DNA from: Alphaproteobacteria bacterium
Lineage (GTDB): Bacteria; Pseudomonadota; Alphaproteobacteria; Rhizobiales; Xanthobacteraceae
Direction: 5' to 3'
Assembly (NCBI GenBank): GCA_005884765.1
Contig: VAZV01000129.1
Location: 17,687 to 81,686 of the forward strand
Length of the DNA stretch: 64,000 bases
Part shown: in pieces, positions 45,483-54,201 of the stretch
How the letters are laid out: each line of letters starts with the position of its first letter
Position numbering within the stretch: the first letter of the stretch is position 1
Program-made: the position numbers and the translations under genes
The notes under the pieces: generated by a model
What the model was told of the DNA's origin: nothing
Seen by the model: only the letters and a program-made list of their open reading frames with translations
The model's database searches: none

Positions 45483-47339
45483 TCACCATCGGGCCATCGA
45501 TAAGAGATGGCGGACTATTCCGGGGACGGCTGCATGGTGGTGGCGCCGGACATGCGTTCGCGGGGCGGGCTGTTGGTCGGACGCGGCCGGCTGGCCAGAT
45601 GACGCCTCGCGGGCCGGCCCGATCGCCTCGAACTGTGCCTTCTGCTCGTCACTCAATTTGCCATAGAAGTCGTCAAGCGCCGCGCGCACATTTTTGACTG
45701 CCTGCAGCATGGTTTCGAGCCGATTGGCGATCGCCTCGAGCCGCGCCGGCGGCGTGATCGGTTCGCTGGTCGGACAGGACGCCTTGAGCATTTCCGCGGC
45801 GTTTGCGCTGGCCTGCTGTAGCGCCGTAAGGCTCGCGCGTTGCGCTTCGGTCGGGTGAACCTTGGCGTCGATTTCCGCCGCCGGCCACTCCGGCACACTC
45901 GCTTGTGCAGACTGGCAGCTTTGCAGGAGCGAGCCGCTGCTAGTGTTGGCCTGCTGCTGTTGCTGTACCAGCGCGTTGAGCCGGGCTCGCTGTTCATCAT
46001 TCAGCAGGTCGTAAAACTTCTGCAGTGCCGGTTGGACTGTGTCGACCGCCGATATCATCGCCTCGATCCGCTGCTGCATGGCTGCGATTCGATCCGGCGC
46101 CGTCAGTGATACCTGGGTTGGACACGCGCCCTTGATCTCCTTCGCCGCCTTCGCTGAAGCATTGGCAAGTTCGTCCAGCGCTTCACGCTGGGCCTCGTTC
46201 GGCTGAATGATCTGCTGGATCTGGTCGATCGGAAGGCCTGCGATCTCGCGGCTGTCGTCACCGCACAATGGCGCTAACTGGCTCGCCGCTGGAGCCGCGC
46301 TAGCCCGCGCTCGTCCAACGGTGGCCCGAGAGCCTGCAGCATATCCGCCCCCGCCCGAAGGCAGATAAGCTAGCTGGTCCTCATAACCGTAAGGGGCAAA
46401 TACGCCGGCATAGATGTCTTGGTAGCCGTAATCCCAGAATAGGGGATCATAGCCATAGCCCCACAAGGTATAATCATAGATGTCATAGTAGGCGAGCGGC
46501 CAGAACAGCGGCCCGACCCAGCCGAACCCGCCGTGGCGATGCCGCCACCATCCGCCGCCGCCGTGGCCCTCACGCCACCCCGCCGTGGCCGCGCTCGCAA
46601 GAAGTTGCGTGCGGGCGTTTGGGCTGCGAAGCGCGGTTGGATTGTGCAGCGCGGCGGTGGCCGATCGCGAGTTCATGACATTCCGCACCGCGTTCGATTT
46701 TACGATCGCGGCCCGGTTCATGGTCGCAGTCCGATTCGGGCCGATGCTTGCGTTGACATTCCGGGCGTTTCGGTTGATCGCGGCGTTGGATCGCGTGATC
46801 GCGGCTGATCGGGTGATCGGCGTATTGGTCCTCAGTGCTGCAGCGCGGCTGGCGCTACGGCCCACGCCGCTGCGAGCCGCAAACGAGCGCTGGCCGCGGA
46901 AGGCGGGGCCGCCGCCCCGCGCCTCGACTGAACGCTGACCGCGGAAAGCGGGACGCCCCGCGAAGTGTGAGACCGCCGGCCTGCCGGCGAAGCGAGGTGC
47001 GGCGCCTACACGCGGCGCTCCGCCGAAATGCGGTCCGCCGCCGCGCATGGCCCCTATAGCCGGCCCGCCACCAACATGAGGCGCGCCGCCGATGTGCATT
47101 CCTCCTCCGCCCCCGAAATGCGGTCCGCCACCGCCGCCGCCGAAATGCGGTCCGCCACCGCCGCCACCGAAATGCGGTGCGCCACCACCGCCACCGCCAC
47201 CGATGTGAACTCCGCCCCCTCCGCCTCCGCCTCCACCACCCCTTCCGGGCGGCGCGGCGTAGGCGGCTCCCGCGAGAACGGCGATCACGGCAACAACGGC
47301 GAAATTTTTGATGGCTGCGAAAGCTTTGACGTTTGACAT
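45483..47339 (-). CDS. Large secreted or anchored Gly-rich protein with two C-terminal LTXXQ (Spy/CpxP-like) modules
   Basis: 618 aa. N-terminal hydrophobic anchor, G6PHF repeats, PAFRGQRS repeats and a W/Y/G-rich core. There are two ~110-aa helical repeats (..PNEAQREALDEL..ACPTQ..LNDEQRARLNAL and ..PTEAQRASLTAL..SCPTS..LSDEQKAQFEAI). Confidence 0.8.
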   Translation of the reverse strand: MSNVKAFAAIKNFAVVAVIAVLAGAAYAAPPGRGGGGGGGGGGVHIGGGGGGGAPHFGGGGGGPHFGGGGGGPHFGGGGGMHIGGAPHVGGGPAIGAMRGGGPHFGGAPRVGAAPRFAGRPAVSHFAGRPAFRGQRSVEARGGGPAFRGQRSFAARSGVGRSASRAAALRTNTPITRSAAITRSNAAINRNARNVNASIGPNRTATMNRAAIVKSNAVRNVMNSRSATAALHNPTALRSPNARTQLLASAATAGWREGHGGGGWWRHRHGGFGWVGPLFWPLAYYDIYDYTLWGYGYDPLFWDYGYQDIYAGVFAPYGYEDQLAYLPSGGGGYAAGSRATVGRARASAAPAASQLAPLCGDDSREIAGLPIDQIQQIIQPNEAQREALDELANASAKAAKEIKGACPTQVSLTAPDRIAAMQQRIEAMISAVDTVQPALQKFYDLLNDEQRARLNALVQQQQQANTSSGSLLQSCQSAQASVPEWPAAEIDAKVHPTEAQRASLTALQQASANAAEMLKASCPTSEPITPPARLEAIANRLETMLQAVKNVRAALDDFYGKLSDEQKAQFEAIGPAREASSGQPAASDQQPAPRTHVRRHHHAAVPGIVRHLLSMARW

Positions 47340-47537
47340 GGCACCCTCGGGCGCCCCCCGCGGATTCTCGACGAGTAACTCAACTCAATCGGATGGCGAC
47401 ATAACCCTCGCGGGGTGCCAAAGTTCCCGCCACACCGCGCCGATAGTTTCAGGACAAAAGGGACGGAGTGCGTTGCAATAGAGATCGCTGGCCTCTCGGG
47501 GAGATTGACGTATCGGTCGCGCGCGTCATCCGTAAAG

Positions 47538-47822
47538 TTACAGCGCCTCGTGCTTTCGCAAATCCCGGGCGTGATCGAGTTTTCCGGCCTCCATGCCGGC
47601 TTCATTCGTCGCGATGTCGGGAAGGGCGGCCTCGCTGAGGATGTCGGCGGTGATATCCTCGACCGAGCTATCGGCGATCTCATGGATGAAGCTGACATTC
47701 TTGTATTCGCCGGATGCTACGCGCGAAATCACTTCGCGCCTTGTGATCTCGGGATCGACCACGGCTTCGCGGCCGCGCCGTCCATAGTCGATCATCACGA
47801 CGAAATATTGCAAGTGGGCCAC
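47538..47822 (-). CDS. Hypothetical protein (94 aa) downstream of the repressor gene
   Basis: GTG start and gene-like third-position GC. I recognised no domain. Operator palindromes lie in its upstream region. Confidence 0.5.
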   Translation of the reverse strand: MAHLQYFVVMIDYGRRGREAVVDPEITRREVISRVASGEYKNVSFIHEIADSSVEDITADILSEAALPDIATNEAGMEAGKLDHARDLRKHEAL

Positions 47823-47844
47823 CTTCAGGTCTCTGAAGGTAGTA

Positions 47845-47892
47845 TTTCTGAAAATCAGAAATTAGTCAAGGTGTGATTCTGAAAATCAGAAA
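47845..47892. promoter_or_regulatory. Two operator-like palindromes TTTCTGA-AAA-TCAGAAA
   Basis: Perfect copies at 47845-47861 and (A)TTCTGAAAATCAGAAA at 47876-47892, 31 bp centre to centre. Confidence 0.65.
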
Positions 47893-47967
47893 AAATGGAT
47901 CGCCGGACCGTACCGGTCGCGGGCGTTGCCAGAATCAGCCGGGCGCTGGCCTGCGCCGGCGTGACCC

Positions 47968-48606
47968 TCATTTGTCCGGAGCCCGCCCGCCATGCGCTTT
48001 TGCCGCCTTTCGCGCGCGACCGGCCGCCTTGCTCCGCAAACGCTCGATTTGGCCGCGTGGCAGCGTGACGCAGATTTCCCCGATCCATTCCAGCTTTACG
48101 CCACTGATTGGCTTGGCGTTGAAGCTGGTCAGGTTGACGAGACTTGCGGATTTGCCGCGCTCGATGGTTTTCAGGTAGCGCTCGCCGGTCTTCAGGCGCA
48201 CCGCGGCCTCTTCGCCGTAGAAGCTCGCCAATGGATGACGCTGCTCGCGGTATACCACAATGACGTCGCCGTTTTCGTACTTTGGCAGCATGGAATCGCC
48301 GGCCACCTCAAAGGCAATAGTTTCCTCCGCAATAGGGAAGGGCAGTTCAACCTCGCCGAGGCCTTCCGGCGGCACCTGCTCGTGCTCCGGCTCGATCGAG
48401 GCGCCGGCGCCGACGCGGCCCATGATCGGCACCGAGTTTAGCTCCAGATATTCGATAATGGGCGTGATTTCCGAGGCCTTGATCAGGCGCAGCCCGGACA
48501 GAATCTCCGAAACCGCGCCCGGGCGCACGCCCATCGCCTGCGCCAGACCGCCCTTGGTCTTGCCCGGCTTCCCCAGTCCCCGCTCGATCATGGCGACATC
48601 CAGCAT
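47968..48606 (-). CDS. CI/LexA-like repressor (XRE-type HTH plus S24 peptidase domain)
   Basis: Start trimmed to MLDVAMIERGLGKPGKTKGGLAQAMGVRPGAVSEI (HTH). The S24 core is VAGDSMLPKYENGDVIVV with a downstream Lys region. Basic C-terminal tail. Confidence 0.85.
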   Translation of the reverse strand: MLDVAMIERGLGKPGKTKGGLAQAMGVRPGAVSEILSGLRLIKASEITPIIEYLELNSVPIMGRVGAGASIEPEHEQVPPEGLGEVELPFPIAEETIAFEVAGDSMLPKYENGDVIVVYREQRHPLASFYGEEAAVRLKTGERYLKTIERGKSASLVNLTSFNAKPISGVKLEWIGEICVTLPRGQIERLRSKAAGRARKAAKAHGGRAPDK

Positions 48607-48620
48607 GGCCGCTATCTCTT

Positions 48621-48693
48621 TCGAATTTCCGAAACCATAGCAATTCCGATTATCAGAAATCAAGCTTGACTTTTGATTTCGGAATATCAGAAA
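48621..48693. promoter_or_regulatory. Operator-like imperfect palindromes in the divergent repressor/GcrA-like promoter region
   Basis: TTTCGA-ATT-TCCGAAA (48621-48636), TTCCGA-TTA-TCAGAA (48644-48658) and TTTCGGA-ATA-TCAGAAA (48677-48693). They share a consensus with the 47845-47892 sites. Confidence 0.55.
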
Positions 48694-48754
48694 TTAATTC
48701 GCCTGGGTGGAATCAGCTGATCTGAAATCCCGCCCCGCACAAAGGCAAACAATC

Positions 48755-49285
48755 ATGCAAGCGACCAACTGGGCGCCGGAGCATTGCGATGCGCTGCGCG
48801 AATATCTCGCCAAGGGCATGTCCTATTCGGAGATTGCCGGCGCGCTCAACGCGAAATTTGGAACCGACTATAGCCGCAACGCCGCGATCGGCCGCGGCAG
48901 GCGCATGGGGCTTGCCGGTCCAGACCAGCCCAAAGAGCCACATAGAGTGCCGCAGAAGACGAGCACGCCGCAGCCGCGTAGATCGCGCGAGCGCCGCGCT
49001 GCCAAGCCGGTGCCGCCCAAACCGGCGCCGGTATGCGTCGAGCCGGTCAAACTGCGTTGCGTCGGTATCAAGCCGCGCCTGCTTTCGCTTGTCGATCTCG
49101 AGCGAGGCGATTGCCGTTATCCCTATGGCGGCGACAGGGAGGGCGAGGCCATTGCTTTCTGCGGCCATCCCACGCGCGAAGGCTCGAGCTATTGCACGGC
49201 GCATTTTCATCTGACGCGCGGCCCAGGCGACGCGTCGGAACGCTCAGCCGGTCCGGTGATGCTGCGGTTGGTCGAGGCGGCTTAG
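48755..49285 (+). CDS. GcrA-family cell-cycle-regulator-like protein
   Basis: Start trimmed to MQATNWAPEHCDALREYLAKGMSYSEIAGAL..RNAAIGRGRRMGL. The C-terminal motif CRYPYG...FCG....SYCTAHFHL matches the GcrA architecture. Confidence 0.85.
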   Translation: MQATNWAPEHCDALREYLAKGMSYSEIAGALNAKFGTDYSRNAAIGRGRRMGLAGPDQPKEPHRVPQKTSTPQPRRSRERRAAKPVPPKPAPVCVEPVKLRCVGIKPRLLSLVDLERGDCRYPYGGDREGEAIAFCGHPTREGSSYCTAHFHLTRGPGDASERSAGPVMLRLVEAA

Positions 49286-49324
49286 CCGCTGCTGAGCTTA
49301 AAGCGACGGCATGGGAGTATCGAG

Positions 49325-49876
49325 ATGGCACGCGCCAAACGCAACAAATCCTACAGGTTGACAAAAGTGCATGACCGGCGCTCCCGTGATCTGCCGCTCA
49401 ATGCCGAAGTGGCGGCGATTGAAGTCGACGATCCGCTGGCGCTGGAGCCGGGCGAGAAGATCGTCGCCCTGCGCTCGATCCGCAACGATCCGTTGGGCCG
49501 GCTGCATTCGCATCGCCAGATCGACGAGGCCCAGTACCAGGGCGGGCGCGCGTTCCAGAACGATTGGGAAAAGGCCGAGCGTGGCCCGCAAGCCGTCGAT
49601 CCCACACGCGAATATGTTGATGGCGTGCAGAAGCGGGAGCCGATCACCGAAGGCCAGCGCAAGGCGGTGCTGCGGCTGGGCCGGGTCGAGCGCGAGCTTG
49701 GCGCCGATGGAGCGGCGCTGGTGCACGAGGTGCTGGTCATGGGGCTCTCGATGGAGCAGGTCGGCCAGCGCCGCAACTTGCGGACCCAGCGCTGGCGCGA
49801 TTATTTCGGCCGGCGGTTCGGTGAATGTCTCGACCGGCTGGCGCTGATCTACGGCTTTGCGACGGAGCGGCGGTAG
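49325..49876 (+). CDS. Hypothetical protein (183 aa), possible C-terminal HTH
   Basis: Co-directional with the GcrA-like gene, 39-nt gap. Gene-like codon usage. No confidently recognised domain. Confidence 0.6.
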   Translation: MARAKRNKSYRLTKVHDRRSRDLPLNAEVAAIEVDDPLALEPGEKIVALRSIRNDPLGRLHSHRQIDEAQYQGGRAFQNDWEKAERGPQAVDPTREYVDGVQKREPITEGQRKAVLRLGRVERELGADGAALVHEVLVMGLSMEQVGQRRNLRTQRWRDYFGRRFGECLDRLALIYGFATERR

Positions 49877-49960
49877 AGCGCCGGCGCACCGCGCAAGATG
49901 CGCCGTCGAAACGATGCACCGTGCGCGGATGCGATTTATGGCCTTCGCGCCCGCATGGCG

Positions 49961-50350
49961 TCAGTGCCGTTGCGAGCTCGCTGTGGAATCCTGATGGGTC
50001 TCTCCGGAATGTGTCGCATCATATTGCAGCCACAGCTCCAGCAAGGCGAAGAAAATCACCACCGCGCCGATGCCGATGCTGTAGTGCATGGCGCGCGTGT
50101 GGGCGAACCCAAGTGCCCACGGAGAAATGATCAGCCAAAGCCCAACGGCAACGTTGGCCCACTCTTCCCAATTGGCGTAGGCGGCAATCGCTGCGAGCGA
50201 TATCGCAGCAACCACAGCGCCTCCGGCCCACAGATCTATCCTCGCTGCGCCGTTACTCAACTTGAACAGCCAGGGAGACGCCAGTAGGAATGCGGCAAGC
50301 AGCAGATTATATAGGTCAAGGACGGATTCACGTCGCCATGTTCTCTTCAT
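49961..50350 (-). CDS. SPW-repeat membrane protein
   Basis: 129 aa, four TM segments, two SPW motifs (LLASPWLF and IISPWALGF). Confidence 0.8.
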   Translation of the reverse strand: MKRTWRRESVLDLYNLLLAAFLLASPWLFKLSNGAARIDLWAGGAVVAAISLAAIAAYANWEEWANVAVGLWLIISPWALGFAHTRAMHYSIGIGAVVIFFALLELWLQYDATHSGETHQDSTASSQRH

Positions 50351-50481
50351 GGGGACCTCCCGCAGGTCTTCTTGACTAAATCAGCGGAGAAACGCCACGG
50401 GTACTGAAGGGGTTCCGCGCGAGCTGGACGCCGCCGGTAGACTTTGGATGAATGAACGCACGCGAGCCGCGGCCGAAATCG

Positions 50482-52794
50482 TCAGAATGGACCGGCGCTG
50501 AAGTTGAGCGGTTGCACCACGTCGTAGGACGCTTTCGTCAGTGGCACAGCGTAATTGACCGTCAGCGCGCCGAACGGGGAAGCCCAGGTCAGGCCGACAC
50601 CGACCGAAGAGCGCACCACGTTGGCGTTCGCCACCTGCAACGATTGCGCCGAGCCCGGAAATGCCGTCGGTCCGCTGTAGCGGAATACGCTGCCGGCATC
50701 GACAAAGGCGGAGGCCCTCAGACCATATTCCTGCGGTATGCCCGGAATTGCGCTCTGCAATTCCGCCGTCGTTGCCCAATACATGCTGCCGCCGACATTA
50801 TCCATGGTGGTGCCGGGCGTGAGATCGCGTGGGCCGAACCCGTTGGGCGCAAAGCCTCGCACCATGCTCGGGCCGCCGAAGAAGCTGTTGGTCAGCGGCA
50901 CCTGCTGTCCGCCCCAACCGGTGATGTAGCCGCCCTGGCCACGGACCATTCCAACCAGGTCGTTGCCGAGCGACTGATAGTAGCGCGCGTCCTCGCTGGT
51001 TCGCAGGAACTTCACGTCGCCACCAAGGCCCGCGAGATCCTGCCTGAGCTGCGAATTGATGCCGTTGGTCGGGCTCTTGGTATTATCGAGCGTAGAGTAG
51101 GTGACGGTATCGCCGACGGCCGAGACCCATTGCGGCCCGGCCGCCGCCGCCTGCCGGATCGGCAATGACGCTATCGTAGCCAGCGTCGGATCGAGCGTGA
51201 CGTTCTGATTATAGATCGAATAGCGCCACTGCACGTTGGTCTGTTCGTTGAGCGGCGTGCCGACCAAGAACGTAGCGCCATAGGTATCGACGCCATAGGA
51301 TTGGTAGCTGTTCGCAACCGATTGCTTGCCGAACAGGTCGATGCCCGCCGAAATACGGTTGCCGAAGAAGGAGGGGTCGGTGGCCGACAGGTCGATGCCG
51401 CGCGCGTATTGGCCATAGCTGAAGGTGGTCTGCACGGTATCGCCGGTGCCGTAGAAATTGCGATCGCCCAGCTTGAGCTCGCCGAGCCATCCATCAGTCG
51501 TCGAATAACCGCCGGCAATGTTGAAGTCGCCGGTCGCCTGGTCCGCGGCCTCGACATCGAGCACGACGCGATCGGACGCCGAGCCCGGTTTAGTCGATAT
51601 CGTGACCGTCTTAAAGTAGTTCAAGTTCTTCAGCCGCCGCTCCGCCCGGTCGATCAACGTCTTGTTGTAGGCGTCGCCTTCGCCGAAATCGAATTCACGG
51701 CGGATCACATAGTCGCGGGTGCGGGTATTGCCGTGGATTTCGATGCGCTCGACATAGGTTCGCTGTCCTTCGTCGATCACGAATGCGACGTCGGTGCGCA
51801 GTGCTATGGCGTCGCGCGTGATGCGCGGCACGGCATGTGCGAAGGGATAACCGAGCTTCGCCATTTCGAGGGCTAGTGCCTCAGTGGTCTTGTCCAGCGC
51901 GCTGCCGTCGAAAACCGCGCCTTTGCGCGCGAGCAACAGACGCCGCAGCTTCTCGACATCCATTCCCGGCACGTTGCAGTTGATGCTGATGTCGCCGAAA
52001 TGATAAGGCTGACCCTCGTCGATCGAAAACGTGAGCGTGAATCCTTTGGTCGCGGGGTCGTATTCGGCGCGCGCGTCGGTGACGGTCGCATCGGCGTAGC
52101 CGTGGTTGCGATAATAGAGCCGCAGTTGCTCGCGATCTTCCGCGATACGGTCGGGGTCATAGACATCGCCGCCGATCAAAAAGCTCAGCATGTTGGTTGC
52201 GGAGGTCTTGATCACGGCGGCGAGCTGGCGCTTGCCGAACACGTGATTGCCGACGAAATTGATCTGCCGCACCGTGATCTTCTTGCCTTCGGTGATGGTG
52301 AAGACGAGATCGACGCGGTCGCCTCCGCGATCGATGATTTCCGGCACCACGCCGACATCATCGCGCCCGACGTGCCGGTAGGCTTCCATGATGCGGCCGA
52401 CGTCGGCCTGCACCGTGGCGCGCTGCAGCGAGCCGCGTGCCTTGGACTGCACCACGCCGGCAAGTTCGGCGTCCTTGATTTTCTTGTTGCCTTCGAACGC
52501 GACGCGGTCGAGCAGCTTTGCTTCGGTCAGGTGGACCACCACTTTGTCGCCCATCCGGTCAATCGTCACTTTGTCGAATAGTCCGGTTGCGATCAACGCT
52601 TTCAGCGCGGCATCGAGCGAGGCGGCATCGAGTTGTTTGCCCGGCCAGGCATGGAAATACGAACGCACGGTGTCGGCTTCGACCCGCCGATTGCCTTCCA
52701 CAACGATAGTCTCGCGCGCTGCCGTGGCGTCGTCGGAGGCCAACGCCGGCGCAACAAGGAGCGCTGATGCCGCGAGTAGCAGCGCGCTGACCAT
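50482..52794 (-). CDS. bamA: BamA/Omp85-family outer-membrane protein (five POTRA domains plus barrel), out of canonical context
   Basis: Start trimmed to MVSALLLAASALLVAPALA. IVVEGNRRVEADTVRSYF opens the POTRA array. The barrel ends ...LNFSAGPF. Confidence 0.85.
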   Translation of the reverse strand: MVSALLLAASALLVAPALASDDATAARETIVVEGNRRVEADTVRSYFHAWPGKQLDAASLDAALKALIATGLFDKVTIDRMGDKVVVHLTEAKLLDRVAFEGNKKIKDAELAGVVQSKARGSLQRATVQADVGRIMEAYRHVGRDDVGVVPEIIDRGGDRVDLVFTITEGKKITVRQINFVGNHVFGKRQLAAVIKTSATNMLSFLIGGDVYDPDRIAEDREQLRLYYRNHGYADATVTDARAEYDPATKGFTLTFSIDEGQPYHFGDISINCNVPGMDVEKLRRLLLARKGAVFDGSALDKTTEALALEMAKLGYPFAHAVPRITRDAIALRTDVAFVIDEGQRTYVERIEIHGNTRTRDYVIRREFDFGEGDAYNKTLIDRAERRLKNLNYFKTVTISTKPGSASDRVVLDVEAADQATGDFNIAGGYSTTDGWLGELKLGDRNFYGTGDTVQTTFSYGQYARGIDLSATDPSFFGNRISAGIDLFGKQSVANSYQSYGVDTYGATFLVGTPLNEQTNVQWRYSIYNQNVTLDPTLATIASLPIRQAAAAGPQWVSAVGDTVTYSTLDNTKSPTNGINSQLRQDLAGLGGDVKFLRTSEDARYYQSLGNDLVGMVRGQGGYITGWGGQQVPLTNSFFGGPSMVRGFAPNGFGPRDLTPGTTMDNVGGSMYWATTAELQSAIPGIPQEYGLRASAFVDAGSVFRYSGPTAFPGSAQSLQVANANVVRSSVGVGLTWASPFGALTVNYAVPLTKASYDVVQPLNFSAGPF

Positions 52795-53103
52795 TCGGCC
52801 CCCGCGGTATCGCCGGAGCCGCGCCTTGCAATTTGTCGTCACGTCCCGCCTGTCCCATAAGGCCTTTTGAGGCAAGGATCGAATTGTCCGCGCAGGGCGA
52901 AAGAATGTCGGACCTGGGGTCAGTTGCGGGCCAATTATCAGCACCGCCACAATCGTTAACACCGCCACAATTTCGACGCGGTGCCGAACCGCCCGCTCCC
53001 TGAATCGTTCGTATAGCCGCTTTAAATGCTGGCTAGCCAAGGACATAAGGAAAGGTTCGTGGATCCTCGATCCGCGAGCCGCGTATCGCCGTGGGAGCAT
53101 CAC

Positions 53104-54156
53104 ATGCGTCGCGTAGCCCTCGTCGCTATTTTATTCGCGCTGGTCATCCCCGCGCGTGCCGCAGTCACGCCGGAAATCGACCCGCGCGCGTCGCTTAGTG
53201 TGGTCCAGCAGTGGATCTACAACTACCGCGCCAAACCCGATTACGCCCATGTGCCTGCGGCGGTGCGGGTGCTGTTTCATTCGCAAACATTCAAGGAGCC
53301 GGAGAATGCTGGCATCTATCTCGGCTTCATCGCCGGTGCGATCGGATCGAACCCCGCGAAGGCCGAGCAGCTCATCGACAGCTTCCTTCCCGTGCCCCCG
53401 GAAGACGAATGGGTGATCGTCCGCGCCATCGCCTATTCGGGGCTGCCCGACTGGCGGAATTTGTTGCGCAGGATAGCGCCTAAAATGCCGGGGCGCAGGG
53501 TGATGATCGACAGCTACCTTGCCGGCTCGCTGCCGACGTTGACCGACATCCCGCTCGAGGAAACCAAGCCCGGGATGATGGACAAGCTGCGCGGCGTCTT
53601 CACCAAAAATCCTTTTGCCAAGGAAGAGAAGAAGCTGAATACGGTCGTTACTTATGCCGGAAACCAGGATCTTCTGGATACGCTTTGGGGCTATTACTTC
53701 GCGACCGGCTCGCACCTGCCAATCCTGCGCATCATGCAGATGCTGCCTTGGTCGAAAAGCCGCGACACCGTCGACAAGCTGACTGTCGGCAGCATGGCGC
53801 GCTATACGCTCGCAAGCTACGCCGTGCGCGATGCAGGTTTGCGCGAATTCTTGCGCAGCGAGCTGCCGAACCAGCCGGCGCCGATCAAGGCGCCGCTCAC
53901 CGAGGTGATCCAGGCTGCCGATACCGTGCAGCTCGGCGCCGTCCGCAAGGACGCGCTCGCCGCGGTCGAAGAGCTCAAGGCCAAGGGTTCCGACGCGCGG
54001 CGCAATCTCGACTTCTGGGGTCAGGTCGGCGTTGGCGCGGTCGCGCTCGGCTGCGTTTCGGCGGCAGCGCTGGGGCAGGTCGCGATCGGCATCCCCTGCG
54101 TGATCGGCGGTTCGGCCTCGCAAGGCCTACTGTCGTTCTGGGAAAAGCAGCAATGA
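53104..54156 (+). CDS. Hypothetical exported protein with a C-terminal Gly/Ala-rich hydrophobic segment
   Basis: Start trimmed to MRRVALVAILFALVIPARAA (signal peptide). The C-terminus is WGQVGVGAVALGCVSAAALGQVAIGIPCVIGG. Divergent from the BamA-like gene. Confidence 0.65.
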   Translation: MRRVALVAILFALVIPARAAVTPEIDPRASLSVVQQWIYNYRAKPDYAHVPAAVRVLFHSQTFKEPENAGIYLGFIAGAIGSNPAKAEQLIDSFLPVPPEDEWVIVRAIAYSGLPDWRNLLRRIAPKMPGRRVMIDSYLAGSLPTLTDIPLEETKPGMMDKLRGVFTKNPFAKEEKKLNTVVTYAGNQDLLDTLWGYYFATGSHLPILRIMQMLPWSKSRDTVDKLTVGSMARYTLASYAVRDAGLREFLRSELPNQPAPIKAPLTEVIQAADTVQLGAVRKDALAAVEELKAKGSDARRNLDFWGQVGVGAVALGCVSAAALGQVAIGIPCVIGGSASQGLLSFWEKQQ

Positions 54157-54201
54157 AGTGAGCGCAGGCAAGCGACGGTTTGGTTGTGCTAAGCTTGCTT
54201 C

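Noticed and set aside
47340-50400. Possible prophage or integrative element around the CI-like repressor and the GcrA-like gene
   Set aside because: No integrase, excisionase, replication, terminase, capsid or tail gene, no tRNA attachment site and no flanking direct repeats were seen. At most this is a remnant or minimal regulatory cassette.
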